Source of the DNA: Octopus sinensis
Lineage: Eukaryota
Assembly: GCF_006345805.1 (NCBI RefSeq)
Contig: NW_021823592.1
Span: 1 to 23,556, forward strand
Length of the DNA stretch: 23,556 bases
Reading direction: 5' to 3'
Part shown: positions 11,366 through 21,869 of the stretch, one piece after another
Layout of the letters: every line of letters starts with the position of its first letter
Numbering within the stretch: position 1 is the first letter of the stretch
Position numbers and translations under genes: made by a program
The notes under the pieces: model-generated
Database searches by the model: none
Told to the model about the DNA's origin: nothing
What the model saw: only the letters and a program-made list of their open reading frames with translations

Positions 11366-11729
11366 TACTGATAGATAATAGATAAATAGAGAGAGAGAGA
11401 GATGCATAAATTTGTTTGTGATTTAAATATTTAACACCCCACACAACATACATATTTATACATACATATATATTCACACGCACACATATTCGTGCGCACG
11501 AACGTGTGTGTGTGTGTGTGTTTGTGTGTATGTGTGTGTGTGTTGTGTGTGTGCGTGTGTGTGCGTGTAAGACTTTTTGCACACATCTTACTAATTTGTT
11601 ATCATTCTGTGCGATGAGTGGTTAACAAACACCTATATGTCTGCTAAACATAACAGGATCATCAGAAATATCCACACACATACACACACAACCACACACA
11701 CACACACACCACACACACACAAACACACC

Positions 11730-11774
<45 letters not shown>

Positions 11775-12088
11775 TATAGTCAAGCAAATAATAAAAACAT
11801 GAAACATCCCTGGCTGATCGCTTGAGGTAAGAGATAATAATGGCGGTTCTACTCTTGCACTTGTATAAAATAAATATTGACTACACTGTTTTCTCCTTTG
11901 GATTTCAAAAAAAGATTTCCAATTTCTTGCGAACATTTAAAATGAATTATTTTGTTCGAAAATGAAAAACAATCTTATTTAATATTTCCTTTTTTTTTTT
12001 TTTTTTGAGCAATCAATTTCAAATACAAATTATTAAACTTACTTAATTTATTATAACACACTAACATTTATTTTATAAAATTTTTTAG

Positions 12089-12183
12089 TAGCTTCCAGTC
12101 TACATTTATCGACGCTAGTTTTTCGGTCTACATTTATCGATGGTAGCTTTTCGATCTACATTTATCGATACTAGCTTTTGATC
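12089..12183 (+). repeat. 27-28 bp minisatellite, 3 full units plus a partial unit
   Basis: tagcttccagtctacatttatcgacgc / tagtttttcggtctacatttatcgatgg / tagcttttcgatctacatttatcgatac / tagcttttgatc. Confidence 0.9.
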
Positions 12184-12315
12184 AGACTGATTTGTCTTTT
12201 ATTTCATTTATTTATTTATTTGTTGTTTGTTTGTTTGTTTATGTGTCTATGTCTATTCACGGCAGCACAATAATTCGAACAAATAATTATTATTGCCTGA
12301 ACCTCATATGTTACC

Positions 12316-12543
12316 TATTTCTTTATTACCCACAAGGGGCTAAACACAGAGGGGACAAACAGGACAGACATAAATATTAAGTCGATTACATCGACCCCAG
12401 TGCGTAACTGGTACTTAATTTATCGACCCGAAAGGATGAAGGCAAAGTCGACCTCGGCGGAATTTGAACTCAGAACGTAACGGCAGACGAAATACCGTAA
12501 GCATTTCGCCCGGCGAGCTAACGTTTCTGCCAGCTCGCCGCCT
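12316..12543 (-). mobile_element. tRNA-derived SINE family A, full-length monomer
   Basis: Minus strand ggcggcgagctggcagaaacgttagc.., B box gagttcaaattcc, core gccttcatcctttcgggtcgataaattaagtaccag, tail ..gccccttgtgggtaataaagaaata. Probable TSD atatgttacc (12306-12315) / atatattacc (12545-12554). Confidence 0.92.
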
Positions 12544-12755
12544 TATATATTACCGCTTACCTACTGGGGAGCTGTGCGTTTGTGTACGTATATGTATTAA
12601 TGCCTGTGCAAGATGATTTTATATGTATGTATGTATCATTAATTAAAATCTTAGGGTAGCAAGAATATTTATCGAAAAAATTCTTAGTTGCCAGTGGTCT
12701 AGCGACACGTGGCTGATTACTTATAGCTCCATGTCTATGGATTTAGTCTTGGCAA

Positions 12756-12842
12756 CCTACTGAAGACGCAGCGCCAGATATAGACTGAGATTATTTTATT
12801 TCAATCTGTATTTAAGTCTGCAGAAACCTTGCAGGGTCTAGG
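12756..12842 (+). ncRNA. Type-I hammerhead ribozyme motif (canonical core, GUC site)
   Basis: Stem I ccta (12756-12759) / tagg (12839-12842); core CUGAAGA (12760-12766); stem II gcag...ctgc closing a long AT-rich insert; GAAA (12823-12826); stem III acct-tgca-gggt; GUC at 12836-12838. Confidence 0.75.
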
Positions 12843-12964
12843 ATTAAGGTAAAATTTTTTATGTTTCAATCACTTTCGGAATTACAACAATTAGTGGCTT
12901 GGAGTTTAACTGCTCTTTCTAGTGAGTCAGATACCCTATTCTTTGGGTATCACTTTTGTGTTTG

Positions 12965-12998
<34 letters not shown>

Positions 12999-13726
12999 TG
13001 TATGTATGTATGTATGTATGTATGTATAGCTGTATGTATTTGAATTTTTCTGCATTAGTTAATAGTAATTGTATGCAATATCTAAATTCACTAATTCCCA
13101 TTCCTCTTTAGGCGCAATGTTCTTTTCAAATATAATCTGGCCTTATTTAAGACATACTATTCTCGCCTGGAAATTCAAACCTAGGGTCAGCAGACGGTCA
13201 ACATCATAGCAATCTTTATAGCCATATCAGATTACCAAACCTTTCTCTCACACATTTTGCACTTAGATACTCTAGTCAACTTCCGAAATATATCACTAAC
13301 CAAAATTACATACACTTAAGTTCGCTTCAATCCTCTTCAGTAGATGGACCTTGAATAAAGGTGTATAGACTAAACCCTTGTTGAAAGTAACTGGATATAT
13401 ATGCAATCACTGGGTGTCTATGCAGCAGAAACGAGCGTCGGGCAAATTTAAATCAAATGTTGTTGAGACTGACTGTAGGAATAAAAAAAAAGATGATGCA
13501 GATGTAGTACTCTCCATATTCATCGTTACTGTATTGGATATACACTCGTTGAAATATCCATAATCCAGAGAAGCGAATGCAGGATTTATCCATCGAATGA
13601 AGTACAGTGGGGTTGCTTAACTCAAGTAATTCTAGGAGCTTACTACGGCTCGGTGTGGTTAGCCTTAACTTGGATTGTAACTAACTGCATGAATCATACC
13701 CACCTGGATATTGTACCCCTGGCTAT

Positions 13727-13768
<42 letters not shown>

Positions 13769-13796
13769 AAGATAAATAGATAGATAGATAAATTGG

Positions 13797-13881
<85 letters not shown>

Positions 13882-13901
13882 GGACAGGCAGACATACAGT
13901 C

Positions 13902-13932
<31 letters not shown>

Positions 13933-14157
13933 TAGATAGATAGATATCTTATTGGCCACACACGGCTGAATACAGAGGGGACAAATACAAATGTAGAGCT
14001 TTTCTTTTCGAAGATGGAAAAAGAAAACAGGAAACCAAAAAGGAAACAAATGTAAAATTCCGATCAAAAGGGATCGGAAAAAAAAGGGGAAAAAAAGATA
14101 GATAGATAGCTAGCTAGATATAGATAGATAGGTAGATAGATAGATAGATAGATAGAT

Positions 14158-14218
<61 letters not shown>

Positions 14219-14245
14219 GACACACAGACAGGCACACAGACAGAT
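13727..14245 (+). repeat. Compound (TA)/(GA)/(GATA)/(GACA) microsatellites, interrupted at about 13946-14095
   Basis: Direct tandem arrays. Confidence 0.95.
13946..14080 (-). mobile_element. Short retroposon 3'-tail fragment related to the family A/LINE tail
   Basis: tcttattggccacacacggctgaatacagaggggacaaa resembles tctttattacccacaaggggctaaacacagaggggacaaa of family A, but the adjacent sequence differs from the SINE body. Confidence 0.55.
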
Positions 14246-14437
14246 AGTTCTAAGAGACAGAATCACCCTCAAGCAACTCAATAATCATTGAATGACATCA
14301 TCCACAATAGGTATATATAGGACTAAATATTAAAATTATCAAAATTAATACCTATAATTCTTATTCTAAATCATATATTTTACATTATATAGACTACGAG
14401 CGTTTCATGCTAATATATATAAATATATATATGTTTA

Positions 14438-14570
14438 GACTGCGGACAGCAGCCATGCTGGGGCACCGCCTAGAATTTTTAGTCGAATAGATCGACCCCA
14501 GTACTCATTTTTTTTTAAAGCCTAGTACTTATTCTATCGGTCTCTCTCTTTGGCCGAACCGCTAAGTTAC
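14438..14570 (-). mobile_element. 3' fragment of family B SINE
   Basis: gccatgctggggcaccgcc..tcgaccccagtact..aagcctagtacttattctatcggtctc..gccgaaccgctaagttac is the reverse complement of the family B tail. Confidence 0.85.
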
Positions 14571-15619
14571 AGAATGCAAGCACACACACACATATGTATG
14601 TACATATATATTTATGAATGTATGTACCTAGTAAAGCTATAAATACTATTATAAAGAAAAGAGAAACTTGAATTTCAGGATAATTAATGGTCGCATTTAA
14701 ACGAAACTTTGAACGTTTATTTGAGGGCTGAACAAAAGATGAATTCATAAAATTCATTCAAAATAACTTTCTCTGTTGTTGATACGACCGTCCAAGCGCT
14801 CAGACCATTCATCTATTTCAGTACGCACAATATTAATTGGAAAAGTTGCTCGTTGCAGCCTTAAGAGAATCTAAATTTTTGTGTGTCTTACCACAAACCA
14901 TATCCTCCAATTCTGACAACAGTTTGTAATCCAGAAGATTCAAATCTGGACTCCAAGAGGCCAATCTGCCGCCTTGATAAAGTCAAGAACATCTGAGACA
15001 GCTATTCCTGAGTAATCTTGGCTTCTTTTTGCGCTGGAGCTGAGTCTGCTGAGAGAGAACTCCATTCTTTGCCATTGAGCAAAGATTTGTTAATGCCCTT
15101 AAACTTTACCCTCTAGGACATCAATGATGTATACACGGGCCGTAGTATTCACCTCTTTTTCACATAAATGTTACCTCAGTCACCCCTTCGTAAGACACAC
15201 TCCACAAAACCATAAGTGAGGTAGGGTGATGGCATCTTTGAACTTTGTGAACGACCTCAGAAGCTTTCTTAGAGTTTTGACGGTTGTAGCTTTCTTCTAC
15301 GGAGAAAATTTTCTTATCCATGAAAGGATATTTCTATGAGCACCATCTGCATACCGGGGAGCAAATTGTTAGGATTTTGTCATTCTGATCGCTTTCAGTG
15401 AAGGAGTTGACATGTATACAGTACGCGGATGATAAGCACGCATTCCTAGATCTTCCCTGATTAAATGAAACATTAATCTGAGCAAAATTATCATCTCTCT
15501 TGCCATAATTTTTTTGCTCCTTCAGAAGATTCTTTCGAATTCTAGCTCCAACAGCCTTGACCTTCTTGGAAGACCTCACAGTACGAGGACGACCTTCAAT
15601 TGGAATTTCATCGATATTC

Positions 15620-15851
15620 CTATTTCTTTATTGCCCACAAAGGACTAAACATAGAGGGGACAAATAAGGACAGACAAAGGGATTAAATCGATTACATCAA
15701 CCCCAGTGCGTAACTGGTACTTAATTTATCGACCCCGAAAGGATGAAAGGCAAAGTCGACCTCGGCGAAATTTGAACTCAGAACGTAACGACAGACGAAA
15801 TACCGCTAAGCATTTCGCCCGGCGTGTTAACGTTTCTGCCAGCTCACCGGG
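15620..15851 (-). mobile_element. SINE family A inserted in the transposase gene
   Basis: Full family A body; perfect 14-bp TSD tttcatcgatattc at 15606-15619 and 15852-15865. Confidence 0.95.
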
Positions 15852-15909
15852 TTTCATCGATATTCTGATGATCTGCGAACCTCTTTATGGTGCAATACAC
15901 AAATATTCT

Positions 15910-16142
15910 TATTTCTTTACTACCCACAAGGGGCTAAACACAGAGAGGACAAACAAGGACAGACAAACGGATTAAGTTGATTATATCAACCCCAGTGCGT
16001 AACCGGTACTTATTTAATCGACTCCGAAAGGATGAAAGACAAAGTCGACCTCGGCGAAATTTGAACTCAGAACGTAACGGCAGACGAAATACCGCTAAGC
16101 ATTTCGCCCGGCGTGTTAACGTTTCTGCCAGCTCGCCGCCTT
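15910..16142 (-). mobile_element. Second SINE family A inserted in the transposase gene
   Basis: Full family A body; 15-bp TSD atacacaaatattct (15895-15909) / atacacaaacattct (16143-16157), 1 mismatch. Confidence 0.95.
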
Positions 16143-16454
16143 ATACACAAACATTCTGCTAATTCCAAGCCGTTCAAGCAGTTTGAAAGTGGTAGATGCA
16201 TCGTGACCTACCATGTGAAGACTAACAACAGTAATACTCCATTCCATTGTTGGATAAGAAAATTCGATACAGTTAATACCTGGAATTCGATACAGAAGGT
16301 TATTAGCTAATGGTTGATACAAAGGAAAACATTTTAGGTGCAAAAACCTATGAAAAGTTAAGAGTGAAAATTTGTAAGAGTATTAATAGCTTACATATGT
16401 GTGTGTGCGGTGCGCGTGTGTATATGCGGTGCGCGCGTGTATGTGTGTGTGTGT

Positions 16455-16675
16455 AAATGGGGCCTTTGGCTGTTCGCACATACTTTCGTACGTTTGGTTT
16501 CCCATTTGGTGCAGTTGCTGTTATATCTGCCTCATACACGACGCTTTACGTTTTACAGTGGCCGTTCAGTGGACATGTTGTGTTACCTATGCATGGGCAT
16601 CCTGCCTACACTTCAGGTGTTGGCCTACCTACTAATATATTTTTAACATTGGGTGCTCATGTAAAGGAAACTAGT
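16455..16675 (-). pseudogene. Penelope-like element ORF fragment: Cys-rich linker plus start of GIY-YIG endonuclease
   Basis: One minus frame reads LVSFT*APNVKNILVGRPTPEV*AGCPCIGNTTCPLNGHCKT*SVVYEADITATAPNGKPNVRKYVRTAKGP. This matches the PLE pattern (VSYSCxPN..I; CxC..CPLxGxC; VVY..YIG) and has 3 in-frame stops. Confidence 0.75.
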
Positions 16676-16723
16676 CAAGGACAGATTGATATAGAGTCGA
16701 TGACATGTGTATGTATGTATATT

Positions 16724-16777
<54 letters not shown>

Positions 16778-16889
16778 CACGTGTATCTGTATGTATGTAT
16801 GTATGTATGTATGTATGTATGTATGTATGTATGTATATATGCATTCTTGCCTTCCCATATATACATATACGATACATTGGTAGTGAAAA

Positions 16890-17020
16890 GAGAAATAAAT
16901 GTCACATTTGCGAACGTTCCTGCAAAACGATAGCTGTACTGAAAAGCCAGCTGCATGCAAATGATCGTGCGATTTTCGATGAAAAGATGGCATTCTATTG
17001 ACAAAGGAAAGCGTTCAACA
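16890..17020 (+). mobile_element. Probable RTE-type LINE 3' end remnant
   Basis: Translates NKCHICERSCKTIAVLKSQLHA, like the CxxCxRxC..GLxSH C-terminal motif of RTE ORFs. A short UTR and a (TACA)n run follow. Confidence 0.45.
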
Positions 17021-17140
17021 TATACATACATACATACATACATACATACATACATACATACATACATACATACATACATACATACATGAATACATACGTA
17101 CATATATATATGTAGGTATGTATGTACATATATAAATACA

Positions 17141-17345
17141 TATCCAGTTAAATGAAGAAAAGAAAATTGAGAGTCGGAAGTTAACAATTATTTATTATTA
17201 ACAAATTGGTCAACCTTTCTTCTTTACAGCTGTTTCAATTAATACTCAATAACTTACAAATTTAATGAACAAATTTGTAATTCGTTATTGATAAGTAATT
17301 GTTAACTTCCTTATCTCCATTTTCTTTTCTTCTTTTAATTGGGTA
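17141..17345. repeat. ~50-bp imperfect inverted repeat enclosing a second hairpin; Penelope-like terminus
   Basis: 17141-17190 vs 17296-17345 are reverse complements with about 6 mismatches. Inner hairpin caataac/ttacaaattt..aaatttgtaa/gttattg. Minus-strand gaaacagctgta (17225-17236) is a hammerhead 3' half. Confidence 0.7.
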
Positions 17346-17590
17346 TAAACTCTATGTATATATACCTATTGTTTTAAGGGAATTTCGTTCCCCAACAATA
17401 CTAGGTATCGAACCAGTATTTCCTTGGAAGTCACCATCCTTTTACGAAGTTAATATATCCTCTAATTAAATGTGTGTGTGCATAGATACATACCTGCCCA
17501 CACACGCATATATATGCAGTTACATATCTACACACACACACACATATATATATATATCTGCAGTTATGTATCTACAAATATAAATATATG

Positions 17591-17626
<36 letters not shown>

Positions 17627-18169
17627 AAACGCATATATATGTATATATATATATATATATATATGTTTGAACGTGTGTGTGTACACGCGTCAAGTTCCAT
17701 GCACTATAACAGGCGCATACATGACGTACGCTCAAGCACAAAGTCAGTGTCGTAGGAAACGCACACGCTGACTCGCACATGTGTGTTATCTTGGCGCTGT
17801 AAAAACCCATAAAACACTTGCATTTCTTATGATACATTCATTACCTCATGCTGGAAGTAAAGTTTCCCTTATATCACTTTATGACACCGTGTTTAAACAC
17901 TTATTTTTTTTATGAGAATGCGCAAGAGCTTATGTCATTGTATTCTACTAATCTTTCTGTATCTGTATCTACCTATCATTCTATCTATCATTCTCTCTGT
18001 TTATGTTTTTGTCTCTCTATCTGTCTGTCTGACTGCCTGATTGACTGTCTGTGTGTCTATCTACTTATCCGGCTATCTACTTATCTACCTGACTACCTAC
18101 CTATCTATGTAACCAGCTACCTATCCAACTAAATCTCTCCCCCTCTCTCTCTCTCTATTTGTTTACCTT

Positions 18170-18209
18170 ACTGTCTCCCTACCTATCTACATATCTATCT
18201 ATCTATCTG

Positions 18210-18267
<58 letters not shown>

Positions 18268-18331
18268 AATCTATCTGTCTGTCTATCTATCTAACTATCT
18301 ATCTATCTATCTATCTATCTATCCATTTATG

Positions 18332-18385
<54 letters not shown>

Positions 18386-18462
18386 AATCTATCTGTCTGT
18401 CTGTCTGTCTGTCTGTCCATCCATTTTCCCTTCTCTCTCTATCTATCTGTCTATCTATCTAC
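18170..18462 (+). repeat. (TCTA)n/(TCTG)n microsatellite
   Basis: Direct tandem array, the reverse orientation of GATA. Confidence 0.95.
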
Positions 18463-18608
18463 TTAATTCCATCTATCAATCTATAGATCATCGATCAATT
18501 TATTTATTTAAACTACGTAATAAAGATTGTTTGCTAACATAACATGGCAGTCCTGTTTAGGGCTAATGTTGCTGTAATTTTAGCCCCAGGAGACATCGTC
18601 TCTAGCTG

Positions 18609-18674
18609 GGGGCTGAACCCAGAACCTTGTGGATGGTAAACAAGCTACTTTCCGCACAGTCACTCCTGCACCTA
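18609..18674 (-). mobile_element. Family B SINE 5' head fragment
   Basis: Minus strand taggtgcaggagtgactgtgcggaaagtagcttgtttaccatccacaaggttctgggttcagcccc matches 4907-4964. Confidence 0.8.
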
Positions 18675-19971
18675 TATTTTTTTTAAAATATGTTTATTAT
18701 AGACTTTCCGTAACATATGCGCTAAGATATATCGTGACCGACCGGAGTTAGCGGCAGCATACCTACACATATGTGCCGAATGACATTGTTTCCTTATACC
18801 TTTTTTAAAAATGGATTTTTTAAATGAAATTTTCGACAATACGCTTCAGATGGTCTAGATTTCGATTATCTCAGAATTTGTCTATAATAAATTTTTCGAG
18901 ACAAAAAATTTATTTATATCATATGAATGTGTGCTCTCTCATCAATTTATATTTTCATACTAAATTCCAATATAATTGTAATATACACACTCTGAAAGGT
19001 AATTTTTGAATGATTTATATACATAATATATATAATATACATATACATATACATATATAATAGATAATAACATACATATATATATTATATATATATATAT
19101 ATATATTATATTATATATATATATATAATATAAAAATAAATATATATATATTGTTATATGCAATGTATGTAATGCAGTGCACGTAATGTGTATATATATA
19201 TATAATATATATATATATTATATATAATATATATATATACACATATATATGCAAATACACATACGTACAGTCATGAACGCGCACATATTTGCACTCACGT
19301 ATCATGATGATAATTTACCCGTCGTCGTATTGCCCCACAGCCTTGGGCAGATGCTAGATTGATGCAAACATGTGTTTTATTTACTGAGAAATGGCTGCTC
19401 TAGCATCGGAGTAAGTTCTTCGTTCTTTTACGATATATCCATTTGCCAAATAATTGAAGAGACGAAGTTGCCCAGTATGCCTAAGGAGATCTGCAGATCT
19501 CGTATAGTACCATCTGACTTGGTGTGTGTCCCGGCAAATAAAATATCATACCTGATGTTCGTCCCGCCTCATTTACACACTTAATCACATATACAAACTT
19601 GAATACAACATACATTATTATATAAGTACACATACAATAATATATATATATGTGTGTGAGCGTATATATTTTGCATGTATTATAGTATATATACATACAC
19701 TCACACATACACACAAACACACACACACACATATATATGTAGAGTATCTACACACATACATGTGTATATAAGAGAATATGTTTATATAGTCAAGTGCGTA
19801 AAGTCTTTTGTGTTAATGTCGTATGTGGCTGTTCGCCGCTTTTCGGTTCACGAAAATAACATTATGTACTGATAACCAGAGGAATTGAGCATCTCCACCT
19901 ACTATACATATATGTGAGCGTGCGCGTATATGTACGTATATATGTACGTATGTGTGTATATAATACACGCA

Positions 19972-20024
<53 letters not shown>

Positions 20025-20032
20025 TATATATA

Positions 20033-20070
<38 letters not shown>

Positions 20071-20293
20071 TTTTCATTTAGAGATAGTGGCCCCTTCATC
20101 CCACCATTAAAATAATTTTAATTTAATTTCATACTTACTACTATAATCTCGCGCTACACGTGTTTCTTGAGGTTCCATTTCCCGGTTCTTTAACTATTCT
20201 CAAATGAAAAAATATATATTTCCTCATTGAGAAGAATTTGAACCCCTGTTATGCCGGAATTTTTATTCCCTAACAAATAAAATTAAATATATA

Positions 20294-20653
20294 TCTCTTT
20301 TACTCTTTTACTTGTTTTTTCATCAGTCGTTTGACTGCGGAGGCACTCCTTAATCGAGCAACTCGACCCCCGGACTTATTCTTTTTGTAAGCCCAGTACT
20401 TATTCTATCGGTCTCTTTTTGCCGAACCGCTAAGTGACAGGGACATAAACACACCACATCGGTTGTCAAGCAATGCGGGGGACAAACACAGACACACAAA
20501 CCACACGCATATATATATATATACATATATACGACGGGCTTCTTTCAGTTTCCGTCTACCCCAATCCTTCACAAGGCTTTAGTCGGCCCGAGGCCATAGT
20601 AGAAGACACTTGCCCAAGGTGCCACGCAGTGGGACTGAACCCAGAACCATGTG
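20294..20653 (-). mobile_element. Family B SINE lacking about 30 nt of its 5' head
   Basis: Reverse-complement match to about 4943-5300, including the internal microsatellite and an (aaagagt)-type tail. Confidence 0.92.
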
Positions 20654-20783
20654 AAGAAAGAAAGAGACCTCAATATTATGTAAATAGAGGGAATTTATCT
20701 GTAAATTAATATGTTAATTTTATTCAATAGCCAAGATAAAACTCTGAGTTTCGGATGCCGAAGTGGAAAAATCTATATATACA

Positions 20784-21017
20784 CACCGCCTTAAGGAAAT
20801 TAGTCGAACGAATCAACACTAGAAGTTCATTCTGTTAAACTTGGGATTTATTGTATCGGGATCGTTTGCCAAACCGCTAGGTCACAGAGACGTAATGAAA
20901 ACAACACCGTTTGTTAAGCTGTGGTGAGGGACAAATACAGATATACGCACGCTCGCGCGCGCACACATGCACACACGCACGCACACACTAAGACACTCAC
21001 TCAAGGTGTCATGCAGT
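20784..21017 (-). mobile_element. Older diverged family B SINE copy
   Basis: accgcctt..tagtcgaac..ttattgtatcgg..tttgccaaaccgctaggtcacagagacgtaa..gggacaaatacaga, then a microsatellite, then agacactcactcaaggtgtcatgcagt (cf. agacacttgcccaaggtgccacgcagt). Confidence 0.7.
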
Positions 21018-21240
21018 AACTTTGAGAGGAAGTGAAATAATTCTTTTAGAGAACGTTGAATCTCGATGCAGATGGAACTATAAATAATGGCGTTGTTAAA
21101 TACTAAGATAAAAAGCTCCTTGATTAGTAAAAAATCGAAGGTTGCCTATAGGCTTATACACGTGCCTGTGTGTGTGTATATGTGTATACACATACATATA
21201 TACATACACACACACACACACACCACACACACACACACAC

Positions 21241-21279
<39 letters not shown>

Positions 21280-21869
21280 GCGCCAGAGACAGAGACAGAA
21301 GTACATATAACTGGTAAAAGTGATATTATTTATTCAAAATTTCATTAATTTCATTTGACGGCGGTGCATCAGCATGGCCGCAGCTCTGAGCTGAAACTAA
21401 AAAAAAATACAAGAGTCACTTATGGAAAATTATGCTTTATTTAAAGAAGTTTACTCTCATTTGGTACCGAAAGTCATGGATATTCAATACATATTCGAAA
21501 ATATTACAATCATTTTCTTATATTACTTAGGGATAACAAATACAGGATGAAAATGAAGTCCAGGAATAACCTCCCACTTGGAATACTGTAGACATTGCTT
21601 TGAAATCGGAGCTTACATTCATTGTGTTGTTTATATTACTGCGAAAAACTGTGTTACTTTCTCTTTGTTGTTTGAATAAAGTTTACCATGATGCCTTCAA
21701 ATTGGTAAACTAGCAGGTTTTTGATAAACTAGCCATGATGTGGATCGAATTAAAACATTTGTTGCAGACAATCTTTGCATGTGATTAACTCTTTCGTCGT
21801 TCGTTTGTCGCACGTAGAAGATTTTGGTTCATGAGCAACCAATTCATCGTCCCATATAACTGATGTGAT

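Larger units (their letters stand above)
14754..16247 (-). pseudogene. maT/DD37D transposase pseudogene
   Basis: ATG at 16247 gives MEWSITVVSLHMVGHDASTTFKLLERLGISRMFVY. After removing the SINEs: CTIKRFADHQNIDEIPIEGRPRTVR..IREDLGMRAY..HRNIL/MDKKIFSVEESYNRQN..HHPTSLMVLWSVSYEGVT..DSAPAQK..DWP/SPDLNLLDYKLLSELE..IDEWSERL..SYFE* (stop 14754-14756). Several frameshifts and stops. Confidence 0.92.
14627..16399 (-). mobile_element. Near full-length decayed maT/DD37D (Bmmar-like) DNA transposon with TIRs, interrupted by two SINEs
   Basis: Imperfect 29-bp TIRs: cctagtaaagctataaatactattataaa (14627-14655, preceded by TA) vs the reverse complement of 16371-16399, 22/29 identical by eye. A transposase pseudogene lies between them. 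Confidence 0.88.

Noticed and set aside
6482-11582. Many long ORFs (up to 380 aa) rich in HTYI/MYVC
   Set aside because: They are translations of (TACA)n/(TATG)n arrays, open in several frames on both strands. There is no evidence of coding.
12089-12183. CRISPR-like repeat array
   Set aside because: The units are contiguous without unique spacers, there are no cas genes, and the context is eukaryotic.
19318-19584. 70-83 aa ORFs in a unique-looking stretch
   Set aside because: No recognisable motif in the frames I translated. It may be an old TE remnant but cannot be assigned.
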